64,000 nt of DNA from Clostridiales bacterium (GCA_031263985.1 JAISER010000079.1:750-64749), one strand, 5' to 3'. Shown: positions 16,752 through 27,505, counted from the stretch's first letter. Numbers and translations: made by a program. The notes: generated by a model from the sequence alone, not told the origin.

Positions 16752-18977
16752 TTAGTTAAGCTCCAAAGCGGCGGTTTTTTCTTCAGCCGGTCGAAACAAC
16801 ATAAACAGAAACGCCGCGATTATCATCGCCGCGGCTATCGTCCCTATGCCGAACGCGCCCGTCGTAACAAGAATTCCGATTTGATAGATGCAAAGCGACA
16901 CGGCGTAAGCCAGCCCGCATTGATAGGCCAACGCCGCGAACAGCCACTTAGCGTTGTTCATCTCGCGTTTGATGGCGCCGATGGCGGCGAAGCACGGGGC
17001 GCACAGCAAATTAAACGTAAGCGCTGAATAAGCGGCAAGCCCTGTCAAGCTCATAGCTATAGCCTGATTAAGCGCTGAGCTTCCCTCAGCGGCGCCCATC
17101 AATACGCCCAACGTCCCGACCAGGTTTTCTTTAGCGACAAGGCCGCTTATAGTTCCGACGGCGAACTTCCAGTCGCCCCATCCCAACGGCGTAAACAGCC
17201 AGGCTATCGAGGAACCCGCCCTTGCCAAAAAGCTGTCTTGAATATGTACGGCGCCCAAACCGTCGGAGTCCCATCCGTAGGTTGACGTTATCCAAATGAG
17301 TACGGACGCCAGGAGTATTATCGTGCCGGCCCTTTTAACGAACGATGACGCGCGTTCCCAAACGCTATGGAATAGGCCGCTAGCGGAAGGCATACGGTAT
17401 GCGGGCAGCTCCATCACGAACGGAGCCGCGGCCCCCGCGAAAATCGGAGTTTTTTTTAATATTACGCCGGAGCATATGATGGCCGCCGCGCCTAAAAAAT
17501 ACGCGCTGGGAGCGACCCACCACGCGTCTTTGAAAAACGCGCCTGACACAAGCGCGATCATAGGCAATTTCGCTCCGCATGGCATAAAGGTGGTCGTGAT
17601 AATCGTTATTTTACGGTCGCGATCGTTTTCTATAGTTCGAGATGACATTATGCCTGGCACGCCGCATCCTGAACCTATGAGTATAGGTATGAACGATTTG
17701 CCCGAAAGCCCAAACCGGCGGAAAATCCTGTCCATAATGAACGCGATGCGCGCCATATAGCCGCACGACTCTAAAAAAGCCAAAAAGGTAAACAAAATGA
17801 ACATTTGCGGGGTAAAGCCAAGCACGGCGCCCACGCCAGCGACTATACCGTCCAAAATGAGGGATTTAAGCCAGTCGTCACAGGTTGCGAAATCGAGAAA
17901 GTTTTCAACCAGTACGGGAACGCCCGGAATCCATACGCCATATTCAGACGGGTCAGGCTTTGTCTCGGTCAAGCCTTTGTCAAACTCTTCGACAGCCTCA
18001 TCATACGCGGGAGAGCCGAACAAGCGCCAACCGTCGCCGAAAACGCCGTCGTTAGCCCAATCCGTAACGAACGCTCCGACCGTGGTTACGGAAACGCAGT
18101 ACACTATAAACATAACGGCGATAAAAATAGGTAGCGCTAACAAGCGATTCGTGACGATTCTATCGATCTTATCGGAAACGCTTAGCCTGTCTTTATTTTT
18201 GATGGCGACGCATTTTTTAACTAGCGCGTCAACGCGCTGATAACGTTCCGACGCTATGAGGCTTTCACTGTCGTCGTCCAGCTTTTTCTCGCATAAGCCT
18301 ATGCGCTTATCTATAATGGATATGGTTTCCTCCGAGAGCTGGAGTTTTTTAGCTATCTTTTCGTCGCGCTCGAACAGCTTCACGGCGTGCCAGCGCTTAT
18401 TTTTAACTTGATCGATTCGTTTTGTAATGTCGGCTATCGCCTGTTCCACGCTGTCCGAAAAAACTTGAGCTTTAGCTTTGCCGGAGGATTGAACGGCGGC
18501 TTCGACCGCGATCTTTTCGAGATCCGCTATGCCCGCGCCTTTCAGAGCGGAAATTTCCGCCACAGGACAGCCAAGCTCGTCTGACAGTTTTTTGGCGTCT
18601 ATCTTATCGCCCGCTTTTTGCACCTCATCGATCATGTTTATCGCCACAACGACCGGAACGCCCATCTCTACGAGCTGAAGGGTAAGAAAGAGATTGCGTT
18701 CGATATTGGCGCCGTCCACTATGTTTATTATGGCGTCCGGCTGATTATCGGTCAAATAGTCTCGCGCGACGACTTCTTCAAGCGTATACGGAGACATAGA
18801 ATAGATGCCGGGCAAATCGGTTATAATTACGTCTTTGCGGTTTTTGAGACGTCCCTCTTTTTTCTCGACGGTAACCCCAGGCCAGTTACCCACGAATTGA
18901 TTTGAGCCTGTAAGCGCGTTGAATAGTGTCGTCTTGCCGCTGTTCGGGTTTCCGGCGAGCGCTATTTTTATAGCCAT
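16752..18977 (-). CDS. feoB: Ferrous iron transporter FeoB
   Basis: 741 aa. N-terminal G domain GNPNSGKTTLFNALTG, followed by a polytopic membrane domain. Confidence 0.92.
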   Translation of the reverse strand: MAIKIALAGNPNSGKTTLFNALTGSNQFVGNWPGVTVEKKEGRLKNRKDVIITDLPGIYSMSPYTLEEVVARDYLTDNQPDAIINIVDGANIERNLFLTLQLVEMGVPVVVAINMIDEVQKAGDKIDAKKLSDELGCPVAEISALKGAGIADLEKIAVEAAVQSSGKAKAQVFSDSVEQAIADITKRIDQVKNKRWHAVKLFERDEKIAKKLQLSEETISIIDKRIGLCEKKLDDDSESLIASERYQRVDALVKKCVAIKNKDRLSVSDKIDRIVTNRLLALPIFIAVMFIVYCVSVTTVGAFVTDWANDGVFGDGWRLFGSPAYDEAVEEFDKGLTETKPDPSEYGVWIPGVPVLVENFLDFATCDDWLKSLILDGIVAGVGAVLGFTPQMFILFTFLAFLESCGYMARIAFIMDRIFRRFGLSGKSFIPILIGSGCGVPGIMSSRTIENDRDRKITIITTTFMPCGAKLPMIALVSGAFFKDAWWVAPSAYFLGAAAIICSGVILKKTPIFAGAAAPFVMELPAYRMPSASGLFHSVWERASSFVKRAGTIILLASVLIWITSTYGWDSDGLGAVHIQDSFLARAGSSIAWLFTPLGWGDWKFAVGTISGLVAKENLVGTLGVLMGAAEGSSALNQAIAMSLTGLAAYSALTFNLLCAPCFAAIGAIKREMNNAKWLFAALAYQCGLAYAVSLCIYQIGILVTTGAFGIGTIAAAMIIAAFLFMLFRPAEEKTAALELN

Positions 18978-19102
18978 CGGGCCATTCCTCCCTAAAGGTC
19001 TGCGCGAGATCTAGTTTTTTTGCCAAACGCGGAAGCCGCGCATTCAAAGAATATATGTAAAGAGCGCTGACAAGGTATAGCGGAAAATGAGATGAACAGA
19101 TT

Positions 19103-19333
19103 CTAAGTAAAATCTTCTATCTCGATAAGTTCCGCGTCCGCTTTTCGCAGGGAAAGCTCATAGCCTCTGACCGTAATTTCTATGGGGTCGCCTAACGGAG
19201 CCATTTTTCGCACGTATATTTCGACGCCTTTAGTGACTCCCATTTCAATTATACGGCGTTTTAAGGGGCCGGAACCTTTTATGCCGGTCACTTTTACTGA
19301 TTCTCCGGGTTTCGCGGTTTTGAGCGTTCTCAT
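19103..19333 (-). CDS. feoA: FeoA-family protein
   Basis: Small SH3-like FeoA sequence (GESVKVTGI...RRIIEMGV). Start chosen at the ATG after AAAGGAAG. Confidence 0.8.
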   Translation of the reverse strand: MRTLKTAKPGESVKVTGIKGSGPLKRRIIEMGVTKGVEIYVRKMAPLGDPIEITVRGYELSLRKADAELIEIEDFT

Positions 19334-19379
19334 ATAGGATCTTCCTTTCAATCCATATGCGCGATTTACGCGGATATGC

Positions 19380-19450
19380 TTAGGGCCTGTTCAAGATCTC
19401 GCTTTAAGCGGATCTTTTGTGATGATTTTTCGCCAAACGCGGACGCAGCG
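19380..19450. repeat. MITE-like family A, one arm
   Basis: TTAGGGCCTGTTCAAGATCTCGCTTTAAGCGGATC...TTTTCGCCAAACGCGG. Confidence 0.7.
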
Positions 19451-19682
19451 TTTTCGAAGAACAACGCATTAAAGCCATGAAGGGGGTTTCCCGGCCTTCA
19501 TGGCTAACGAGCGCGTTTTCGTTTTCCAACGCTCTCAAATTTAAAAAAATTTAACGACCGCCCCGCCTAAGCATATTTGGAGGATTCTTAATACAAGGGA
19601 GGGAACGTACATTTATTGAGGTTGAGGTTTTATAATTTAGCGTGATGGTCGTCAAATAATTTTAGCTAAGTAATTAAAGAAG

Positions 19683-19892
19683 TCACACAATAATCTTGCC
19701 GGCGATCTCCCGGCTTATAGCTACTCGAGAATGTTTCACGTTTACTATGACGTTTCCGTTAAATTTTGAAACAACGGTGACGCGACTGCCCGGCACGAAG
19801 CCTAATTTTTCAAGAAACTGACGCGTCTCAGCCTTACCGCCGATTTTTTTGACAGAATTTTCCTCACCTGTTTTTACCATTGTAAGGGGCAT
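19683..19892 (-). CDS. feoA: FeoA-family protein (second copy)
   Basis: GEENSVKKIGG...LEKLGFVPGSRVTVV. Start chosen at the ATG after AAGGAG. Confidence 0.75.
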   Translation of the reverse strand: MPLTMVKTGEENSVKKIGGKAETRQFLEKLGFVPGSRVTVVSKFNGNVIVNVKHSRVAISREIAGKIIV

Positions 19893-19938
19893 GAAAACGA
19901 CACTCCTTAGGCAAGCCGCGACCAATTGAACAGCTTAA

Positions 19939-19954
19939 GTTAGCTAAAGCTAAC
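19939..19954. promoter_or_regulatory. 7-2-7 palindrome GTTAGCT-AA-AGCTAAC upstream of the feoA-feoA-feoB operon
   Basis: Perfect inverted repeat about 45 nt upstream of the first feoA start. Confidence 0.3.
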
Positions 19955-20334
19955 CTATGAATATAGATTAACAGATTTAAAGTCGCGTGTCAATGATTTT
20001 TTTAAATTTCACGGCCCGTTTTTACACGGCCTGGTTTTACCCGCTCTTTGAAACAGGCGAAAGCGCTTTCATTAATCGCCGCTTAAAGCGAGTCTTTGTC
20101 ACTTTCGCGCGCCTTATCGCCTCAAGATAAAATCCAATAGGCGAACAATGTGCGTTAAACGAAAAAACAGCGCGTTTTTTTGACGGTTTACCCAAAAATT
20201 CGCGCTATAGGTCATCATCGAAGTTTTACGCGTCTATTCAAATATTCTCGGAATCCTCCTGTCCGCGCTGAATCTCGCAGGACAAGCGGTCGTTTCGCCG
20301 CAAGACCGAAAGTTTTCGCGCGGAGCTTTCGGCG

Positions 20335-20403
20335 GCGGGCTTCCGCGTTTGGCGAAAATCATTACAAAAATTCGCCAAACGCGAGATCTTAAACAAGCTC
20401 TTA
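20335..20403. repeat. MITE-like family A, one arm
   Basis: ...GGCGAAAATCATTACAAAAATTCGCCAAACGCGAGATCTTAAACAAGCTCTTA. Confidence 0.7.
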
Positions 20404-20507
20404 TACTGAACTCAGTTTAGAACATAACAAACCGGGAGAAGATTTCCGCGTCGCGCCAGGCGTGAAAAAGACCGTTCGGATGGTTACGGTTTCGACTGAG
20501 TTCAGCG
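20404..20507. repeat. MITE-like family C, abutting the family A arm
   Basis: TACTGAACTCAGTTTAGAAC ... GTTTCGACTGAGTTCAG. Confidence 0.7.
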
Positions 20508-20770
20508 TTAAAACGGCATGGAGGCGCTTCCGCTTTTCAACGCTATAAAAAGCGGAAGCGCGGCGTCAGGACATAAGGACTCGTCAAATAATATCTTGAT
20601 ATTTTTCACTTGCTCTTTCGCCGCCAGGCCGCGTTATCGTCGGTCGCCATATGCCCCCGGGTATGTCTCTTTCCTCCGCCTTGCCTGACGACGAAATCGC
20701 GGCGTGAAATTCCATCAATTTATTGTTTGACGAATCCTAAACGGTTAAAACGGTCGCTTTTTTCTGACAA

Positions 20771-21520
20771 TCATCCGCCGCAACATTCGTGGAGCTTATT
20801 TTTAGCGTAGAGATACATGAACTGCGAAGCGTGATTTTGTTCGTCCGTGATTATCTCGTAGAGCATGTCGCGCAGAAGCGGACTTGCCACGGCGAAGAGA
20901 ATTTTGCGGTAGAAATCTACCGATTTATGTTTTTTAAACATCTTTTTTTCATATGCCTTGATCGCGTCGTCGTAAACGTCGAAGCGTTCGGCTTCCACAT
21001 GGGGCTTTTCGCCGCCTATCGCGTGGCATACTTCTTGAAACAGTTTGTAATGTTTTTGCTCGTCCATGCGTATCTGACGCAATGTTTCGCGATCTTCCGG
21101 TGACCGCGCGATATACATAAGCTGTTCGATATCTTTGGCGTCGCCGGCTTCATCTTTAAGCGCCTCACGTAATACGCCGTAAACTTCTGAATCGGACTTT
21201 GGGCATTCGTTTGTCGGACACGCGCTTGTCGGGCTATCGCTCGCTTCACGCCTTATTGGCTGGACAACCGCTTTTGCCGGCGCGGCGGGAACGGTTGTCT
21301 TTAGCGGAGTCTTGACGCCTTGCCGCGTCTCACTCTTAACCGGCCATATAAAACTTGGCTGATTAGATTCCTCGTCATACTGAACGCCGCTTGGCTGGAA
21401 GCCTTCGTTCTGATAGCTTTCTTGGCGCCCTTCGTTTTGAGAGTCGATATATTTATCGTTGCGGTAAATTTCGTAGTCACGTCCGTTATTCGCGTAGGAT
21501 GCGGCTCTATATGGATACAT
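20771..21520 (-). CDS. Ferritin-like domain protein with a low-complexity N-terminal half
   Basis: Start at the ATG after GGAGGT. The C-terminal half contains paired E..H helices (RMDEQKHYKLF, ITDEQNHASQF). Confidence 0.6.
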   Translation of the reverse strand: MYPYRAASYANNGRDYEIYRNDKYIDSQNEGRQESYQNEGFQPSGVQYDEESNQPSFIWPVKSETRQGVKTPLKTTVPAAPAKAVVQPIRREASDSPTSACPTNECPKSDSEVYGVLREALKDEAGDAKDIEQLMYIARSPEDRETLRQIRMDEQKHYKLFQEVCHAIGGEKPHVEAERFDVYDDAIKAYEKKMFKKHKSVDFYRKILFAVASPLLRDMLYEIITDEQNHASQFMYLYAKNKLHECCGG

Positions 21521-21689
21521 TATTAATACCTCCAATATTTCGTTATATAATTATATGCTTTGCGGAGCCGCGGGGAACCATAAACGTTGGATGAACATCT
21601 TGAAAAAATTTCCAGGATTAAGCGGTTAAACGCGGCAAATAATAACTTATATGGAAATTCCAGCGATATAATCCAGTTTGGAGGATGTC

Positions 21690-22463
21690 ATGAAAAAAAT
21701 CGCTTTTATTTTGACAGCGATCACGCTGACGCAAGCGCTGTCAACGCAAGCGGCGCCAAAACAAACCTTGTCGGCGCAAGCGCCGTCTTCGGATTACGCT
21801 TGGCGGTACGAGCCGGAAAAGTTTGTGCTTGAACAGGAATTAGAGGCGGTTTCGGATCCGACGCGGATACGCGCCGGCGCGGGCGAGCGTTTCGCTGTAA
21901 TGGACGCTGTTCATACGGGCGAGCTTATGGAGGTCATAGGGATAATCGGCGATTGGTACGTGGTGTGTCTGAAGACGGGGGTCGTGGGCGTCGTCTCTAA
22001 AGGGGACGTGCGCGTAACGAAGATAAGCGGTTCGTACATTGAAGAGGATGAAAGGGCCGCCGCGGACAACGGAAGCGCCAGCGCGGACTTTCAGGAATCG
22101 CTTATGTTTTCGCTTGTTAACGCGTCGCGCGCGGAACACGGACTCACGCCTTACGAATGGGACGGCGAGCTTAACGCGATAGCGCGTTTAAAGGCGGAAG
22201 ATATAGCGAACAGCGAAAACATAAGCCATGTTTCCGAAAAGTACGGCACGCCGTTTAAGATGCTCAAGAGCATGTACGCGCCATATAAAAGCGCCTCCGA
22301 GAACATCGTCGCGGGCGAGTCCGCTTATTACGCGCACGCCGCTATGATGTCCAAACCGCAAAATAGAGCCAACATTCTGGCTCGATATGATAAGATGGGC
22401 GTAGGCGTCGCCAAAAGCGAACTGCACGGCGAGGTCATAGTGCAAATGTTCGTCAGGGATTAG
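21690..22463 (+). CDS. Secreted SH3-like plus CAP/SCP-domain protein (YkwD-like)
   Basis: Signal peptide MKKIAFILTAITLTQALS. The C-terminal CAP-type block reads NASRAEHGLTPYEWDGELNAIARLKAEDI...GENI. Confidence 0.7.
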   Translation: MKKIAFILTAITLTQALSTQAAPKQTLSAQAPSSDYAWRYEPEKFVLEQELEAVSDPTRIRAGAGERFAVMDAVHTGELMEVIGIIGDWYVVCLKTGVVGVVSKGDVRVTKISGSYIEEDERAAADNGSASADFQESLMFSLVNASRAEHGLTPYEWDGELNAIARLKAEDIANSENISHVSEKYGTPFKMLKSMYAPYKSASENIVAGESAYYAHAAMMSKPQNRANILARYDKMGVGVAKSELHGEVIVQMFVRD

Positions 22464-22491
22464 CCTGTTATTAATAAGGAAAAGTCGCGCT

Positions 22492-23478
22492 TCATTCGGG
22501 GAACCCGTTGGGGTGAGACGATATCCACGCCCACGCCGTTTCAATTATAGTTTCGAGTGAAGCGTATTTCGGTTTCCAACCCAATTCCTTGATTATCTTA
22601 TCGGAGGACGCCACGAGAGAGGCCGGATCGCCAGGGCGGCGCGGCGCCACATCGCAACGCAGGGGCTTACCCGTCACTTTCTCCACGCGGCGTATAATTT
22701 GTTTGTTGCTGAACCCGGACCCGTTGCCAAGGTTATATACATCGCTCTTATCGGACGACCGTATCTTTTCGAGCGCTAATATATGCGCGTCAGCTAGATC
22801 CGTGACATGTATATAGTCGCGTACGCATGTTCCGTCCGGCGTAGGGTAGTCATCGCCGAACAGCTTTAGCGCGCCGCCGTGAAGCTGCGTTTTCAGCGCG
22901 TTCGGGATAAGATGCGTTTCCGGACGGTGATCTTCGCCTATTTCGCCGCTTATATGCGCGCCGGCCACGTTAAAGTAGCGAAGCGCGGCGTAGCGTAGCC
23001 CGAACGCGCTTTCGGCCCATTTGAGCGCTTTTTCAACGGCCAGTTTCGTTTCGCCATATGGGTTAGTCGGGTTTGTCGGCGCCGTTTCGAGTATGGGAAT
23101 TTCGTCCGGTTCGCCGTATACGGCGGCGGTGGAAGAAAAAACGATATAACGGACTTGGTTGTTTTTCATCGCTTCAAGCAAATTGATAACTCCGCCGACA
23201 TTGTTTTTGTAATATTTCAGCGGTTCGTTCATGCTTTCCCCGACAAGCGAATAAGCCGCGAAATCTATGACCGCGTCTATGTTACGCGCGGAAAACAATC
23301 TGTTCGCGAACGTTTCGTCGCGCAAATCGCCCGTTATAAGCTGCGCTCCGGGCCAAACGGCGGCTTTATGCCCCGTTTCCAAATTGTCGGCGACTATGAC
23401 TTCGTGCCCTTTGTCCAGTAGCTCCGCGACGGTATGACTGCCGATATAACCGGCTCCGCCGCATACTAAAATTGTCAT
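22492..23478 (-). CDS. galE: UDP-glucose 4-epimerase
   Basis: Rossmann motif VCGGAGYIGSH and the YGETK catalytic motif. Start at the ATG after AGGAGG. Confidence 0.88.
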   Translation of the reverse strand: MTILVCGGAGYIGSHTVAELLDKGHEVIVADNLETGHKAAVWPGAQLITGDLRDETFANRLFSARNIDAVIDFAAYSLVGESMNEPLKYYKNNVGGVINLLEAMKNNQVRYIVFSSTAAVYGEPDEIPILETAPTNPTNPYGETKLAVEKALKWAESAFGLRYAALRYFNVAGAHISGEIGEDHRPETHLIPNALKTQLHGGALKLFGDDYPTPDGTCVRDYIHVTDLADAHILALEKIRSSDKSDVYNLGNGSGFSNKQIIRRVEKVTGKPLRCDVAPRRPGDPASLVASSDKIIKELGWKPKYASLETIIETAWAWISSHPNGFPE

Positions 23479-23580
23479 AACGCAACCTCCTGTTATAATA
23501 GAGACGCATGAGAGCGCCTCAAAGAGCATATAATTACTTAGCGGCCGCAAACGCCCGTTTAGCGGCGCAATTCGCCTCGC

Positions 23581-23661
23581 TCCGTCTGAACGGTATTTTT
23601 CACGCCGGGCTCTATCGCGAAGCTTCGCCCGATTTGGTTATGTTTCAAACTGAGTTCAGTA
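23581..23661. repeat. MITE-like family C, partial
   Basis: Ends ...GTTTCAAACTGAGTTCAGTA. Aligns to the reverse complement of 20404..20507. Confidence 0.6.
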
Positions 23662-23688
23662 TAAAAAAATGAAAAGAGGATCTATACA

Positions 23689-24864
23689 ATGCGTCGTGGC
23701 GAAACGGAAACAATTGGCGTGGAATATTATCTTTCTAAAATCTCTCAAGGAATTATAGCGTCGCTTGTAGCGTTGGCGGCGATTTTAGCGTTTAACAAAA
23801 ATGAGCTTTGGGCGCAGCTCTGCCTGTATGAAACCATGCCCGCGTATCAAATGGATGACGGCGTGAAAGCGTTTCTAAAGTTCAGCCAATATGACTTCGG
23901 CTTGGGTGATAAAAACGCATCCGCGATATTTTACGATTCACAACCGAACGCCGCGATGGCGGTCGCCATGTACGAGGATGACGAGTCCATAGCGCGGGAA
24001 TACGATGAGGTTCTAGGCGTTGACGACATAGTTTTTCAGCATGAAACGCCTGGAGCGGATACATACGACAATTTTGGGAAAGAAAACTTCACCATAGATG
24101 ACGTAGGAGAACTTAGAGATTTAGCCGCGCTCAAAAGTAAATTTTATATAGTGGATAACAGGACGGGCTTGTCGGAAGATTTATTCAATGTAGATAAATT
24201 TTTACAAGCTGACCTGGTTATAAACGAGAAGGCGAAAGGGCCGAAAATACTCGTTTTTCATACGCATGGAAACGAAAAATACGCTGACAGCGCCGGACAG
24301 GGGGACGGCGTAATCGGTTTTGGAGAGGCTCTTTGCGGCATATTAAACGAAAAATACGGCATAGAGACGCTTCATGATACGTCGAGCTTCGATGTAATAA
24401 ACGGTCAGTCGCATATCCTAGGGGCTTACGAACGCATGGAGCCTGTGATCAAAAAAATATTGGCCGATAATCCGTCCGTACAAGTCGCTATAGACGTGCA
24501 CCGCGACGGGGTTGACGAATCGGTCAGACTTGTTTCTGACGTTGACGGAAAGCCGACAGCGCAGCTTATGTTTTTCAATGGCTTAAGCAAACAATATAAA
24601 GAAGGCGAACTGCAAGACATAAAGAGTCTGCCGAACAAACACCGCGAGACGAACCTGGCGTTCAGTTTTCGTATGCAAATGGCCGCCAACGCCCTTTATC
24701 CGGGCATTACGCGTAAAGTATACCTAAACGCTTTCCGCTACAGCCTGCATATGCTGCCGAAATCATTGCTGGTCGAAGTCGGCGCGCAGACAAACGTCGA
24801 AGAGGAAGCTCTTAACGCCGCTGAGCCGCTCGCGGATATTTTAGCCAGCGTTATACTTAAGTAA
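23689..24864 (+). CDS. spoIIP: Stage II sporulation protein P
   Basis: N-terminal TM segment. SpoIIP-type blocks ILVFHTHGNEKY, AIDVHRDG, MFFNG. Confidence 0.8.
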   Translation: MRRGETETIGVEYYLSKISQGIIASLVALAAILAFNKNELWAQLCLYETMPAYQMDDGVKAFLKFSQYDFGLGDKNASAIFYDSQPNAAMAVAMYEDDESIAREYDEVLGVDDIVFQHETPGADTYDNFGKENFTIDDVGELRDLAALKSKFYIVDNRTGLSEDLFNVDKFLQADLVINEKAKGPKILVFHTHGNEKYADSAGQGDGVIGFGEALCGILNEKYGIETLHDTSSFDVINGQSHILGAYERMEPVIKKILADNPSVQVAIDVHRDGVDESVRLVSDVDGKPTAQLMFFNGLSKQYKEGELQDIKSLPNKHRETNLAFSFRMQMAANALYPGITRKVYLNAFRYSLHMLPKSLLVEVGAQTNVEEEALNAAEPLADILASVILK

Positions 24865-25169
24865 AGACCTTACAACTTGGTTAGCGTCTAAGCGTCAATC
24901 TTTCCGCCGCTCTTCGGCGTCCCAAAATACTGGCGCGTCGGTTTTCGCTTCTGAGCGCGGCGAAAGACTCGCTCAATAATCCACCCCGAACCCAGACGCT
25001 GAACAGGCTCTCAAATTTGTTTTCGCCGCCATATTCGCGGCGCTTCAATCCGATAAAATTATTATGGGCGACTTATGGAGTCGGTCATGAGAAAGTCGAA
25101 AGCGAGAACTCACGATAAACAGGAGGTCTCTATTAATATTGTTAATATATAAGAGAATCGCCATAAACT

Positions 25170-25580
25170 CTACTTCGCCCGTTCCAGCAAGGACACAATA
25201 TCTTTAAGCTTTTTATCTTTGCGCTTCTTGGCGGCGGTTATGGCAATATCTAAGGCGGTTTCGCCAAACATATTTAATCGCGCTGCGTCCGCTCCATGCT
25301 GAAGCAACGTTTCCGTCACTTTTTTGTGTCTGTAAAAAACCGCGTCATGTAATGGGGCATAACCGTCCGCGTCGGCGATATTAATGTCAGCTCCGTTCAG
25401 TGCCAAAACCTCGATATAATGGGCATCCCCCGCGCGGGCGGCGATATGCGATAAAGAACCATACGCCCCCAGACGGTCGATGTTCTCTAAAGCGCAAGCG
25501 TCGTCGAAATACCGCGCATAAGCGGTGAACACATCCTCTATTCTGACTTCATGGATCTGACTGTCCATTTTCTCAACCAT
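25170..25580 (-). CDS. Ankyrin-repeat protein
   Basis: 136 aa with about three ANK repeats (SLSHIAARAGDAHYIEVLALNGADIN, GYAPLHDAVFYRHKKVTETLLQHGAD, GETALDIA). Confidence 0.75.
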   Translation of the reverse strand: MVEKMDSQIHEVRIEDVFTAYARYFDDACALENIDRLGAYGSLSHIAARAGDAHYIEVLALNGADINIADADGYAPLHDAVFYRHKKVTETLLQHGADAARLNMFGETALDIAITAAKKRKDKKLKDIVSLLERAK

Positions 25581-25774
25581 GTTCCTTTATCAGTCTCCAA
25601 CCCGCTCCTAAAGCCTTCGTTTCAATTCGCCAATTCGTTTGTTTACAGATGCGATAACAGCTTTGTCGTTATCCTATATATCTAAGAGCCGGTTTAATAT
25701 CCTTTCAAGAGAATGGCGATTAGAGCCGAAGTAAGGGTTTAGCGGGAATTACGAATCCCGCGTTCATAGTTTTT

Positions 25775-26115
25775 TCAAAATCGGCGGGCTTCATCCATCC
25801 GTCCGAAGGTTCGTTCCACGCACCGGCGTTTTGGCGGTTCCATCGAGCCGGCGACAATATAGCGTTTGATTTCGGATACTTTTTTTGCCCGCGTCATAGC
25901 TTTTTCTGCGGCGGCGTCAGAGTTCCGAACGCTTTGCGCGTCCATAATTTCGAATGTAGTTTTATCTTCGCTAGGTTCTTTGTTTCGCGGCATTGTCACC
26001 AATCTTTTTTAATGCCTCGTAAAGCGGCGCCACTCCGTTTTCGCGTTCTTTCGCCAGACGTCATAATAATAGCGAACCATATCGCGCTTTGGAAAATCAG
26101 AGGGCGCCGCCGCCA
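25775..26115 (-). pseudogene. IS5-family transposase remnant (frameshifted, internally deleted)
   Basis: The minus strand reads PSDFPKRDMVRYYYDVWRKN...EIMDAQSVRNSD...KKVSEIKRYI...VERTFGRMDEARRF. It contains a stop codon and lacks the central DDE part. Confidence 0.6.
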
Positions 26116-26403
26116 CTGACAACCGCTTTTTATTAGGTAAATGGGTTCGACGGATTAATGAGTGAGTTTTTCGCCGCGTTAGAATTTTGATGACGAACGG
26201 CTACGAAAACCGACGCTTAGCTGCCAACCCAGACGATAAACAGACTCTTATATCGCTAGGATAATCTATACGTTTTATCTCCATCTTGGAGGATTATAGC
26301 GCTTCTGAAAGATTCTGAACAGGCTTTTAAAATATATTCGGCCGAAAGCCGTAAAGTTCCGTTATTGGCGGAAATTTCGCGCGGCGCGTTTTCAGGGGAC
26401 ATT

Positions 26404-27505
26404 TTAGCGCGAATAATAGTTCATCGGATTTTGACGCGAACCGTTCATCAGCGCCTCATAATGCGTGTGCGGACCGGTCGAATAACCTACGCTGCCAACG
26501 ATCGTATATTGTGGTCAACATTTACCGCGCCGGACTTTATTATGCTTAAGTAAAGACCTTGGGGACTCCGTCCCCAAACCCCCGCAAAAGGGACTTCGTC
26601 CCTTTTGAAACCCCCGCGGCGCTTCGCGCTGGCCAGGGAAGCTATCGGACTACTCCAAGATGGGGGATTCTTAGAGCCTGTTCAGTATCTAGCGCGAACT
26701 GTTCATCAGCGCCTCATAATGCGTGTGCGGACCGGTCGAATAACCTGCGCTGCCAACGATCGTATATTGTGGTCAACATTCACCGCGCCGGATTTTATTA
26801 TACCTAAGTAAAGACCTTGGGGACTCCGTTCCCAAATCCCGCTTTGAAACCCTGCGGCGCTTCGCGCTGGCCAGGGAAGTTATCGGACTATTCCGAGATA
26901 GGGGGACTCTTAGAGCCTGTTCAGTATCTAGCGCGAATAATAGTTCATCAGGTTTTGATGCGACCCGTTCATCCGCACCTCATAATGCGTGTGCGGACCG
27001 GTCGAACCCTGTGCTGCCAACGTTAGCTATCGTTTCGCCCTGACGCGCGCTCTGACCGACTTTAGAGATTAGTTTGGGGCAATGCGCGTACATTGTGGTC
27101 AATATCTGTAAAGACCTTGGGGACTTCGTCCCCACCCCCCCCCGCAAAAGGGACTTCGTCCCTTTTGAAACCCTACGGCGCTTCGCGCTGGCCAGGGAAA
27201 TTATCGGACTACTCCGAGAGATGGGGGATTATTAGAGTCTGTTCAGTATCTAGCGCGAACTGTTAATCGGCGCATCATAATGAGTGTACGGATCGGTTGA
27301 ATATCCTGCGCTTTCAACGAGCGTACATTGTGGTCAACATTTACCGCGCCGGACTTTATTATGCTTAAGTAAAGACCTTGGGGACTCCGTCCCAACCCCC
27401 CGTAAAAGGGACTTCGTCCCTTTTGAAACCCTACGACGCTTCGCGCTGGCCAGGGAAGCTATCGGACTACTCCGAGATGGGGGATTCTTAGAGCTCGTTC
27501 AGTAT
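26404..27505 (-). repeat. Array of four units: a copy of the M23 peptidase gene 3' end plus a 135-bp chimeric MITE-like spacer
   Basis: Cassette stop codons sit at 26404, 26689, 26928 and 27250, giving periods of 285, 239, 322 and 256 bp. Each cassette aligns to 27506..27745 of the expressed gene. Confidence 0.85.

Noticed and set aside
16740-18905. Several ORFs of 95-154 aa antisense to, or out of frame within, feoB (for example 17296..17760 and 17797..18240).
   Set aside because: They lie entirely inside the strongly supported feoB coding region, and their composition is typical of shadow frames.
19939-19954. A canonical DtxR/IdeR or Fur box.
   Set aside because: The half-site spacing (7-2-7) does not fit the 19-bp DtxR/IdeR consensus, and the sequence is unlike a Fur box. 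It is kept only as a generic palindrome.
26404-27505. The periodic repeats downstream of the M23 gene, considered as a possible CRISPR array.
   Set aside because: The units are 239-322 bp and consist of gene-derived cassettes plus a MITE-like spacer. There is no architecture of 25-40 bp direct repeats with unique spacers, and no cas genes are in the window.
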